Shown: positions 51,459 to 62,366 of the stretch, piece by piece | Numbering within the stretch: position 1 is the stretch's first letter | Layout: the number at the start of each line of letters is the position of its first letter | From: Bacteroidales bacterium | GTDB taxonomy: Bacteria; Bacteroidota; Bacteroidia; Bacteroidales; Marinilabiliaceae | Direction of reading: 5' to 3' | Assembly (NCBI GenBank): GCA_024401365.1 | Contig: JAKSLE010000009.1 | Location: 61,818-125,817, forward strand | DNA length: 64,000 nucleotides | The notes under the pieces: model-generated | Seen by the model: only the letters and a program-made list of their open reading frames with translations | Database searches by the model: none | What the model was told of the DNA's origin: nothing | Position numbers and translations under genes: made by a program

Positions 51459-51861
51459 GTATTATGCTGTTATTGATACAAATGTCATAGTATCAGCTTT
51501 GATATCAACGTCGATAGAGTCAAATCCTGCAAAGATTATTCATGCGATTACTCAAGAGAGAATTATACCACTCTATAATGCAGAGATAATTAAAGAATAC
51601 TACGATGTACTATCCCGTCCTAAATTTCGCTTGGACAAAAAACTAATTACAACCGTTCTTAACACAATTGAGACTGATGGGTTGGAATTAGATCGCACTC
51701 CTTCTATTGGGATAAATTTTCCAGATCCCAAGGACATTGTTTTTTACGAAATTGCTTTGTCAAAAGAAGAGTCTTTTCTTGTAACAGGAAATATAAAGCA
51801 TTTTCCATCGAAGACGTTCGTAATTACACCGGCAGAAATGGTAGCTATGCTTGGGGCGTAG
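51448..51861 (+). CDS. PIN-domain toxin
   Basis: AVIDTNVIVSAL N-terminal acidic motif. 11-nt overlap with the antitoxin gene. Confidence 0.7.
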   Translation: MQNKYYAVIDTNVIVSALISTSIESNPAKIIHAITQERIIPLYNAEIIKEYYDVLSRPKFRLDKKLITTVLNTIETDGLELDRTPSIGINFPDPKDIVFYEIALSKEESFLVTGNIKHFPSKTFVITPAEMVAMLGA

Positions 51862-51903
51862 TTTTGAAATTTAGGTAATAATTATAGTAAACTTCAATAG
51901 ATT

Positions 51904-52227
51904 ATGACAATAGAAGAGGCTCAGAAGACGGTTGATGCCTGGATAAAAGAGTATGGAGTCAGGTATTTCAATGAGTTGACCAATATGGCTATACTTACAG
52001 AAGAAGTAGGTGAGTTGGCCCGAGTGATGAGCAGGAAATACGGAGAACAAAGTTTCAAGGAAGGAGAGAATCAAGATCCGGCAGAAGAGATGGCGGACGT
52101 GCTGTGGGTGTTGATATGTCTGGCAAATCAGACAGGCGTAGATTTGGCAGAAGCATTAGAGAAGAGTCTGGCGAAGAAGACATTGAGAGATAAGGACAGG
52201 CATAAGAACAATCCGAAGTTGGTGTGA
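51904..52227 (+). CDS. MazG-like nucleotide pyrophosphohydrolase (small single-domain type)
   Basis: EEVGELARV...EEMADVLWVL EExxE/ExxD helix pair. Confidence 0.75.
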   Translation: MTIEEAQKTVDAWIKEYGVRYFNELTNMAILTEEVGELARVMSRKYGEQSFKEGENQDPAEEMADVLWVLICLANQTGVDLAEALEKSLAKKTLRDKDRHKNNPKLV

Positions 52228-52246
52228 GGATTAAATATTTACCATT

Positions 52247-52535
52247 ATGAAGAATTTATTGCTTAGTGCGGCTGTCGGGGATATTGTCGGTAGTGCTTAT
52301 GAGGGGAGAAGTCATAGGACGAAGGAGTATGGCGCAATAAAGCTGCTGACTGTATAAAACTAGCGATATCATTAGGCGGGGATGCAGATACACTTGCGGC
52401 TATATCTGGGCCTATGCGTACTATCGCTCGATGCCAGAGCCACTTGTTTATAAATGCCTGAAGAAGTTGCCAGACTGGATGGTGAAGGTGAACGAAGAGT
52501 TTGATGCGAGGTGCGAGGGGGAATTTATTGCGTAG
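52247..52535 (+). pseudogene. ADP-ribosylglycohydrolase-family remnant (internal deletion plus frameshift)
   Basis: The N-terminal AAVGDIVGSAYEG fragment stops at 52355. The C-terminal fragments SLGGDADTLAAISG and AYYRSMPEPLV...LPDWM lie in two other frames and end at 52535. Confidence 0.6.
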
Positions 52536-52565
52536 TATGAATGTGGTAGACGGAGAGATATTACT

Positions 52566-52629
52566 TTGAAAATCTCAAGTAGCGGTTTGGAATTTCATTG
52601 AAAATCTCAAGTAGCGGTTTGGAATTTCA
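52566..52629 (+). repeat. Perfect 32-bp tandem duplication (TTGAAAATCTCAAGTAGCGGTTTGGAATTTCA x2)
   Basis: Copies at 52566-52597 and 52598-52629, verified base by base. Confidence 0.9.
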
Positions 52630-52678
52630 AGAATATGCATGTATATTTGCTGAGTATAAAACACTAATACAAAGCAGT

Positions 52679-53821
52679 ATGTACAAGCGTATTTATAAGA
52701 TAGAAGATGAGCCAGAAGAGAGTTTGTTTCTATTTGGTGCACGTCAGACAGGGAAAACTACTCTTTTGAAAGAAAGATTTCCCAAAGCAATCTACATCGA
52801 CTTGCTCAATACAGATATTTTGAAACGTCTTCAAAATAACCCTGAACGTCTGCGACAGACATTGGAACACGAAAAACAAGATACGATTGTAGTAATAGAT
52901 GAAATACAGCAACTGCCTATATTGCTGAACGAAGTACATTGGCTTATAACAAATAAAGGTCTTAGATTTATACTAAGCGGGTCGAGTGCGCGAAAACTTA
53001 AAAGAAACGGCACTAACACCTTAGGTGGCCGAGCGTTGCCATGCAATATGTATCCGCTTGTGAGTGCTGAGATAGAGGATTTTGACCTGAACAGGGCATT
53101 GCGATATGGCATGATACCGAAAATATACACGTCAAAAGCGCCCGAAAGATTACTCCAAGCATACGTAGATGTATACTTGAAAGAAGAGATTAAGGCAGAA
53201 GCCCTGGTAAGAAACCTTGCAAATTTTACCAAGTTTCTTGAAATATCAGCATTGACAGATGGCGAGATCGTCAACTACCAAAATATAGCATCTGATTGTG
53301 GGGTAAGTTCGACAACCGTAAAGGAATATTTTGCGATACTAAGTGACACTCTTATTGGCTACATGATACCAGCATATACCCAAACACAGAAACGCAAAAT
53401 GGTTCAGGCACCACGTTTTTACTTTTTTGATATCGGAGTAACAAATTACCTGCTAAACAGGACAAAGCTGGAACACGGATCGCCAGAATATGGTCACGCA
53501 TTTGAGCATTTTGTCATACAGGAGATAATAGCATATATAGGCTATACACATAGCAACAAAGCGCTAAGTTACTGGCGCACGTACACAGGGCAAGAAGTAG
53601 ATGTAATACTTGGAGACGCAGATGTGGCAATCGAGATTAAGTCAACCGACAATATAGAAACACGACACTTAAAGGGAATAAAAGCCTTCAGAGAGGATTT
53701 CCCTCAAAGTCGACTGATGGTTGTATCGTTAGACCCATTCGACAGAAGGACAGAAATGGGAATAGAGATAACAAACATCCACAAATTTCTGAAAATGCTT
53801 TGGGGTGGGGAGATAGTGTGA
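52679..53821 (+). CDS. AAA-type ATPase with DUF4143-like C-terminus
   Basis: Walker A GARQTGKTT and Walker B VVIDEIQ. Start placed at the ATG at 52679. Confidence 0.7.
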   Translation: MYKRIYKIEDEPEESLFLFGARQTGKTTLLKERFPKAIYIDLLNTDILKRLQNNPERLRQTLEHEKQDTIVVIDEIQQLPILLNEVHWLITNKGLRFILSGSSARKLKRNGTNTLGGRALPCNMYPLVSAEIEDFDLNRALRYGMIPKIYTSKAPERLLQAYVDVYLKEEIKAEALVRNLANFTKFLEISALTDGEIVNYQNIASDCGVSSTTVKEYFAILSDTLIGYMIPAYTQTQKRKMVQAPRFYFFDIGVTNYLLNRTKLEHGSPEYGHAFEHFVIQEIIAYIGYTHSNKALSYWRTYTGQEVDVILGDADVAIEIKSTDNIETRHLKGIKAFREDFPQSRLMVVSLDPFDRRTEMGIEITNIHKFLKMLWGGEIV

Positions 53822-53830
53822 AAAAGGCAA

Positions 53831-53855
53831 GAAAAAAGAGACGTGGTACGTCTCT
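53831..53855 (-). terminator. Intrinsic terminator of the lipoprotein gene
   Basis: AGAGACGT-GGT-ACGTCTCT hairpin (53837-53855), followed on the minus strand by TTTTTT. Confidence 0.55.
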
Positions 53856-53863
53856 ACGGAGTA

Positions 53864-54745
53864 TTACAATTCGCGACCTGAGAGGTCGTATTTCTTGTTG
53901 TTGCGGATGATGATGATTTGGCCGTTTTCGATGGTTTTGGTTACCTTGCCGGCATTGTCGGTGTTGATGGACTCGATGGCTGTTGGGGTTGTGTCTGGAC
54001 CATCATAGACTGGGCGGATAGGGAACCCGAGATAACGGAGGCCGTCGCTGCCCCAAGCCACGTGGCCCGAGCCAAAGTCAAAGCGGCACGCGCGGCTGGA
54101 GTTACTCGCACTGAGCAAACACGACCAGTAGAGTCCTTGGTTGCCCACACGATCGAGATTCGTGTCCAAACGGTAGCCCGCAGCAGGGAGAAAAATATGC
54201 GCATCCGTAGCAACGTCATAATCAGGTGAAGGAGTGCTTATTGAAGTTACCTTTTCTCCTTTGTCACTGACTTTCTTAGCCTTATAGACGATGTAACCGT
54301 TTACGCTTACTCTATTATAGGTATTTGTCCATACCCAGTAGCATTCGTCGCGGAGTTCCTCCTGCTGGGCGAATGTTGGGACTACCCAACTGCCACCCCA
54401 TGTCTGTGATGCCACGTCGTCGGCCTTTTCGAGAGTCACCTTGTCGTCATAGAAACTTTCATAGCCATAAGATGAATACGACTGAGGAACGTATTTTGTC
54501 TGCGTATGATCCGAACCTTTACACCACTTGTATGTGCTCCAGTTGTAGTTTTCTTTGGTTTCTGTCTCGCCCCATGCGTAGAAAAAACCAGCCTTTTCCG
54601 GAGCATCTGCACCGACATTACAAGTTGCCCACATTGTGCCGCTTGTGAGGCCGAGGTCGACATATTCGTGACCATTGTGTGTGTTCTGCGCCCATGCGCC
54701 TGTGGCAAGTATAGTAGAAACAAATAAAGTAAAGGCTCTATTCAT
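53864..54745 (-). CDS. Secreted FISUMP/DUF1566-like protein
   Basis: Signal peptide, WATCNVGA...FYAWGE, and LPAAGYR...GNQGLYWS motifs. Confidence 0.55.
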   Translation of the reverse strand: MNRAFTLFVSTILATGAWAQNTHNGHEYVDLGLTSGTMWATCNVGADAPEKAGFFYAWGETETKENYNWSTYKWCKGSDHTQTKYVPQSYSSYGYESFYDDKVTLEKADDVASQTWGGSWVVPTFAQQEELRDECYWVWTNTYNRVSVNGYIVYKAKKVSDKGEKVTSISTPSPDYDVATDAHIFLPAAGYRLDTNLDRVGNQGLYWSCLLSASNSSRACRFDFGSGHVAWGSDGLRYLGFPIRPVYDGPDTTPTAIESINTDNAGKVTKTIENGQIIIIRNNKKYDLSGREL

Positions 54746-54932
54746 ATATAGTTATGATTTATTATTAATTACAATGTACTTTGCAAATATATAAAAATTG
54801 GATTGCTTGGGAGGCGGAAATGAGGAGTTTTTGATGGGAGGGGTGAAGGGAGAGTATCTGGGGAAGGACTATTTTGTGTATTATAATGCATAAAAATAAG
54901 GGCATTTTATGTATTGCGATACATAAAATAAC

Positions 54933-54940
54933 TATCTTTG
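54933..54940 (+). promoter_or_regulatory. Candidate -7 box TATCTTTG
   Basis: Matches TAnnTTTG, 19 nt upstream of the ATG at 54959. Confidence 0.4.
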
Positions 54941-54958
54941 TGGCAAAACACAAATGCC

Positions 54959-56218
54959 ATGGACATAGAATTAATCAAAAAAATCATAGTAACCAACAGA
55001 AATTCAGTGCGTAACATTCGTTTGGTGAAACGCGATTTCTATTTCGATGATTCATTGAACTATGTTCTTGTAGGTGTGCGTCAGGCTGGAAAGTCGTACC
55101 TCCTTTATCAGAAGATTCAGGATATGCTTTTAGAAGGTACTGATATCAATAGTATAGTGTACATCAATTTTGACGATGAGCGCCTAGCCGAGATTACTAC
55201 CCAGGATTTGGATTCCATAATCGATGCCCACTATCAGATGACCGATAATAGGCCTGTTCTCTTTCTCGATGAGATTCAGAATGTGCCATATTGGGAGAAG
55301 TTTGCCCGCAGACTGGCCAATGAGAAATACCGTGTATATATCACTGGAAGCAATGCCAATATGCTCAGTAGCGAGGTAGCGACAACTTTGGGCGGAAGGT
55401 ATATGCAGAAGTATGTATATCCATATACATTCCCGGAATATCTCAATGCTATCGATTTCAAGTTTGTAGATAGCTGGCAATATGATTCCGATTTTCTTAA
55501 CAAGCTGAAACGAGAGTTCAGGGAGTATTTCTATTTTGGAGGATTCCCCGAGTCTGTGGTGACACGCTTAAAGAGGGAATGGTTGTCAGGATTGTTTCAG
55601 AAGATATTTTTGGGCGATATCATCTCACGTTATCACATCAAGAATGAAGATGTGCTTAAGATTCTGCTAAAGAAACTTGCGGAGAGCACCATGCAGCCTA
55701 CATCGTATTCCAGACTTGCCAACCTTATAGTCTCCACCGGTCGCAAGATGCAAACCAGCACCGTTATCGACTATCTGAAATATGCCGAGGATTCGTGGCT
55801 GATATTCTCCGTTCAGAATTTCGGAGCAAAGATTACCGAGCGCGAGAGCGCCAAAAAATACTATTTCCGTGACAATGGCATTCTGAACCTCTTTCTTTTC
55901 GATCCAGAACCCGCTTTGCTGGAAAATCTTGTGGCTGTTCATTTGAAGCGTCTATATAACGACGACCTTTATTTCTATCGCCAGAACATCGAGGTAGATT
56001 TCTATCTGCCTGAAGCAGGGAAACTCATTCAAGTATCCTACAACATGCAAGACGAAAAGACTCTCAATCGAGAGACAGCCTCTTTGATAAAAGCTGCAGA
56101 TTTCCTTAAAGTATCAGACCTCATTATCATCACCTACGACGACAAGGAGCAATTTCTTGAAGTAAAAGGCCACACAATAAGAATTGTCCCATATTGGAAA
56201 TTTGCGCTAGAGGGATGA
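54959..56218 (+). CDS. AAA-type ATPase with DUF4143-like C-terminus (paralog of 52679-53821)
   Basis: Walker A GVRQAGKS and Walker B LFLDEIQ. Confidence 0.7.
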   Translation: MDIELIKKIIVTNRNSVRNIRLVKRDFYFDDSLNYVLVGVRQAGKSYLLYQKIQDMLLEGTDINSIVYINFDDERLAEITTQDLDSIIDAHYQMTDNRPVLFLDEIQNVPYWEKFARRLANEKYRVYITGSNANMLSSEVATTLGGRYMQKYVYPYTFPEYLNAIDFKFVDSWQYDSDFLNKLKREFREYFYFGGFPESVVTRLKREWLSGLFQKIFLGDIISRYHIKNEDVLKILLKKLAESTMQPTSYSRLANLIVSTGRKMQTSTVIDYLKYAEDSWLIFSVQNFGAKITERESAKKYYFRDNGILNLFLFDPEPALLENLVAVHLKRLYNDDLYFYRQNIEVDFYLPEAGKLIQVSYNMQDEKTLNRETASLIKAADFLKVSDLIIITYDDKEQFLEVKGHTIRIVPYWKFALEG

Positions 56219-56388
56219 TAGTCTGGAAATATAACAACTGCCAGGAACTTTATCCTACTCATAACACACATAAACAAACGGAAGAGCCAATATGTGTCGT
56301 TTTTTTGTTTCATTCGAAAAAGTGTGTTCGAATTACACTTTTTCCGCGGAAAAAGTGTGATAAGGAGACATATATTCCGCGGAAAATG

Positions 56389-56396
56389 TATCTTTG
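56389..56396 (+). promoter_or_regulatory. Candidate -7 box TATCTTTG for the thi operon
   Basis: Matches TAnnTTTG, about 12 nt before the riboswitch 5' end. Confidence 0.5.
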
Positions 56397-56407
56397 CACG
56401 GAGAAAT

Positions 56408-56480
56408 AATGGGGTGCTGGTGAGGCTGAGATTATACCCAAGGAACCTGATGCAGGTAATGCTGCCGTAGGGAGTAAGGT
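56408..56480 (+). promoter_or_regulatory. TPP (THI-box) riboswitch
   Basis: GGGGTGC...CTGAGA..ACCC...AACCTGAT..GGTAATGC..CGTAGGGA conserved core, in order, directly upstream of thiG. Confidence 0.85.
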
Positions 56481-56560
56481 CTGGATGTTGGGGACCTTGG
56501 ATATCTTGGATTTTTTGGCATTCCGTTGTTGGTGTTAGAAATAAGAAAAAAATACAAGAT

Positions 56561-59055
<2,495 letters not shown>

Positions 59056-59060
59056 TACTG

Positions 59061-59948
59061 ATGGCATTCGTAGTCAAGATATCCAGCGGACTAGGCAATC
59101 AGATGTCGCAATACGCCTTTGGACAGTTGCTACAGCACCTGTATCCAGAGGCAGACGTGCGTTATCACATTGCCTGTGAAGGCAAGATACACAATGGGTA
59201 TGAGTTAGGTCGCATATTTCCTGACATTCAGATACAAGAAGCCGATGCGAAAGAGCTCAGAGCGTTTGGTATCATTGTTGGTTGGAGGCGGCTCAGTAAG
59301 ATATGTCGCCTCTTCAAACAGCGCACCTATATCCGTCAGGTATATGAAACGCGATACCCTGTGGATGAGCGAGTTTGGAAGCTTGATATAAAGCAAAACT
59401 ACTACTTCCAAGGGACGTGGCACAACTACGATTACAGCGAAATACTTCCAAGGCTACGTCGGATGTTCAAGTTTGACGTCTCTGCACCTATAGAGCACTC
59501 AAGCAGCACCCTGTCTGATCATATAGAAAGTAGTTCTTACTCGCAAAAAATTGAATCTACCAACTCTGTAGCCATACATATAAGGAGAGGAGATTTTGTG
59601 AAGATGGGCTATGCGATATGTGATGACCGATACTACAAGAGAGCTATAGATATGATAGAGTCGAAGGTGGAGAATCCGTTCTATTTCATTTTCTCTGATG
59701 ACACAGAATATGCGGGCAGTTTATTCTCGGGGTTAGCGAACAAAGAGATAGTGACAGGCAATACGGGAGAAAAGAGCTACTTAGACATGTACCTCATGTC
59801 GCTCTGCAAGCACAACATTATGGCCAATTCGACATTCAGCTATTGGGCGGCGTTGCTCAACAAGAATGAAGATAAGATTATCATCAGGCCAAAGATGCAG
59901 ACGCCAGACAGAGAAGCCTGGGAAGCAAAAGGCGTAATAAAGATATGA
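59061..59948 (+). CDS. Glycosyltransferase family 11 (alpha-1,2-fucosyltransferase-like)
   Basis: SGLGNQMSQYAFG, HIRRGDF and STFSYWAA GT11 motifs. Confidence 0.75.
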   Translation: MAFVVKISSGLGNQMSQYAFGQLLQHLYPEADVRYHIACEGKIHNGYELGRIFPDIQIQEADAKELRAFGIIVGWRRLSKICRLFKQRTYIRQVYETRYPVDERVWKLDIKQNYYFQGTWHNYDYSEILPRLRRMFKFDVSAPIEHSSSTLSDHIESSSYSQKIESTNSVAIHIRRGDFVKMGYAICDDRYYKRAIDMIESKVENPFYFIFSDDTEYAGSLFSGLANKEIVTGNTGEKSYLDMYLMSLCKHNIMANSTFSYWAALLNKNEDKIIIRPKMQTPDREAWEAKGVIKI

Positions 59949-60004
59949 AGAAAGGATTTAGATAAAATCCTCTAAAATACAAGAACATAATACATTAGAA
60001 AACG

Positions 60005-61120
60005 ATGTTTTCAGATGAGTTATTAAAGATAGACTGGGAGGAGACAACTGCCAAGATACTATCAAAGACAGACGGCGACGTGCAGAGGGCACTTGCCAAA
60101 CAACACTGTACAGTTGACGATTTCATGGCATTGATATCGCCTGCGGCCGCACCATATCTAGAGCAGATGGCGCAGTTGAGCCGAAAATATACGATGGAGA
60201 GATTCGGTAAGACCATATCGATGTTCATTCCACTGTACATTACAAACAGTTGTACCAACTCGTGCGTTTATTGTGGATTTCACATATCCAATCCGATGCC
60301 ACGTACGATACTGACGATAGAGCAGATAGAGAACGAGTACAAAGCCATTAAAGAACTCGGTCCTTTTGAGAATATTCTGCTTGTTACAGGAGAGAATCCT
60401 GCGAAGGCCAACACAGACTATGTTATTGAAGCTATTAAGTTGGCCCGCAAATACTTCTCGAATGTCAAGATAGAAGTCATGCCTCTCAGCGCGGAAGACT
60501 ACAAGAAATGTGCTGACAACGGTATGAACGGAGTTATCTGTTTTCAGGAGACCTATCACAGAGAGAACTACAAGATATACCATCCGAAAGGGATGAAGAG
60601 CAACTTCGAGTGGAGAGTCAACGGCTTTGACCGAATGGGGCAAGCAGGAGTACACTCGATAGGCATGGGAGTGTTAGTAGGTCTAGAAGACTGGAGAACA
60701 GATATGACTATGATGGCATATCACTTGAGGTATCTGCAGAAAAACTACTGGCAGACAAAGTATTCCGTCAACTTCCCACGTATGCGAGCAGCAGAGAACG
60801 GAGGCTTTCAGCCAAACGTCATAATGAACGACAAAGAGTTGGCCCAGTTGACCTTTGCCTTCAGAATCTTCGACCATGACGTAGATATATCATACTCTAC
60901 ACGTGAGCCGGCGTTTATCAGAAACAATATGGCCTCGTTGGGAGTTACCACTATGTCGGCACAGAGCAGTGTTGAGCCTGGTGGTTACTATACATACAAA
61001 AAACAGGCATTGCCACAATTTGACGTTACAGACGACAGAACAGTGGCAGAAGTAGTAGCGGGGTTGAAAGCTGCAGGAAGAGAGCCGGTGTTTAAGGATT
61101 GGGACGATATTTTTAATTAA
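60005..61120 (+). CDS. thiH: 2-iminoacetate synthase (radical SAM)
   Basis: CTNSCVYCGF radical-SAM cluster motif; thi operon context. Confidence 0.85.
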   Translation: MFSDELLKIDWEETTAKILSKTDGDVQRALAKQHCTVDDFMALISPAAAPYLEQMAQLSRKYTMERFGKTISMFIPLYITNSCTNSCVYCGFHISNPMPRTILTIEQIENEYKAIKELGPFENILLVTGENPAKANTDYVIEAIKLARKYFSNVKIEVMPLSAEDYKKCADNGMNGVICFQETYHRENYKIYHPKGMKSNFEWRVNGFDRMGQAGVHSIGMGVLVGLEDWRTDMTMMAYHLRYLQKNYWQTKYSVNFPRMRAAENGGFQPNVIMNDKELAQLTFAFRIFDHDVDISYSTREPAFIRNNMASLGVTTMSAQSSVEPGGYYTYKKQALPQFDVTDDRTVAEVVAGLKAAGREPVFKDWDDIFN

Positions 61121-61132
61121 AAAACAGCGCGA

Positions 61133-61714
61133 GTGATAGTAATAACTTCACCAGGATATATATCTGACGAAGCAGATAAGATAAACTCACTTTTTGAGGT
61201 AGGTATCAGGCGATTGCATTTGCGAAAGCCTGATGCTACATCAGAAGACGTTGCCAGGCTTGTTGCGCAGATAGACGAGCAATGGTACGACAAGATATCG
61301 GTTCACTATCACTTTGATGTAGCAGAAGCCTTTTCGTTAGGAGGGGTACATCTAAGTGGGCGTACACCTGATGTTCCTAAGAGGTGGATGGGTCTTGTTT
61401 CCGCTTCGTGTCACACATTAGAAGAGATTGAGCAAAAGAAAGAGGGATTAGACTATTGTTTTCTCTCGCCCATCTTTGACAGCATATCCAAGGTAGGGTA
61501 TGGGTCGGCATTTAGTATAGAACAACTTCAGGTTGCGCGAGACAACCAGTTGATAGACAGCAAAGTAATAGCATTAGGAGGTGTGAGTGAAGAGAACCTT
61601 GACACGATAAAGAAGTTAGGCTTTGGAGGTTATGCTATACTAGGTGCGTTGTGGCGCATAGAAGAAAAAGAAAAGATAGCAGAATATGCGAGAAAGATGA
61701 TAAGCAAGTGGTAG
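61133..61714 (+). CDS. thiE: Thiamine-phosphate synthase / TenI-like protein
   Basis: 193 aa with a GTG start. LHLR and ALGG segments typical of the family; operon context. Confidence 0.65.
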   Translation: MIVITSPGYISDEADKINSLFEVGIRRLHLRKPDATSEDVARLVAQIDEQWYDKISVHYHFDVAEAFSLGGVHLSGRTPDVPKRWMGLVSASCHTLEEIEQKKEGLDYCFLSPIFDSISKVGYGSAFSIEQLQVARDNQLIDSKVIALGGVSEENLDTIKKLGFGGYAILGALWRIEEKEKIAEYARKMISKW

Positions 61715-61723
61715 GAGCATTGT

Positions 61724-62353
61724 TCAGAACTCGATGTACAAGCTCAGACCCATTTTGTGAAAATTACCCATTGAGTCGGAATAATGCTTATCCAGATTAG
61801 CCACATTGAACTGGTAATAGAATCTGACGGCAGTACTGAGATCGAAGTTGCCCCATCCCAACAATTTATAATCGATAACGCAAGCCGGGCCATAGGCAAG
61901 AGTACCACTTATACTTCTTTCCTCCTCCTCGTTGCTCATGACAGGTGGCATTAGGTTGGCGCCTACAAAAAACTGAGGGATAACGCGCAGTATCTGGGCA
62001 TTATATATAGTATATCCTGTATGAAACTGGATAGTTTCCAGAGACTGTGTTTCGCCCTTCTCCCAAAGCTCATTATCTTTTTTATACAACAAGTCGCGTT
62101 TACGTTTAGAAAATCCCATATCTGCGTCTACTCCGAAATAGAGATTTTTGTAGCGGCCATCCATAGTAATACCCACTGCGGGCATGACATTCAAGACACG
62201 TTTTAAAGAAGCAGTAGGGATGATGCAACCAGTATTCAAGCTCATGCCGAAGCCCCAATCCTTAGGGTAATCCTCCTCATATACTACCTGTGCCTGAGCA
62301 GAATACTGTGCGAAAGAGCAGAGAAGGACGATTATGACGAGAAACTGTTTCAT
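61724..62353 (-). CDS. Hypothetical outer-membrane beta-barrel protein
   Basis: Signal peptide, alternating hydrophobic pattern, C-terminal Phe. Confidence 0.45.
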   Translation of the reverse strand: MKQFLVIIVLLCSFAQYSAQAQVVYEEDYPKDWGFGMSLNTGCIIPTASLKRVLNVMPAVGITMDGRYKNLYFGVDADMGFSKRKRDLLYKKDNELWEKGETQSLETIQFHTGYTIYNAQILRVIPQFFVGANLMPPVMSNEEEERSISGTLAYGPACVIDYKLLGWGNFDLSTAVRFYYQFNVANLDKHYSDSMGNFHKMGLSLYIEF

Positions 62354-62366
62354 GATAAGTCAAATA

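Noticed and set aside
53837-53855. Second GAGACG...CGTCTCTAC hairpin as a REP copy related to the RAYT palindrome
   Set aside because: It shares only the 6-nt arms. It is followed by a T-run on the minus strand directly after a gene stop, so an ordinary intrinsic terminator is the simpler explanation. It is worth re-examining only if a genome-wide search finds many such hairpins.
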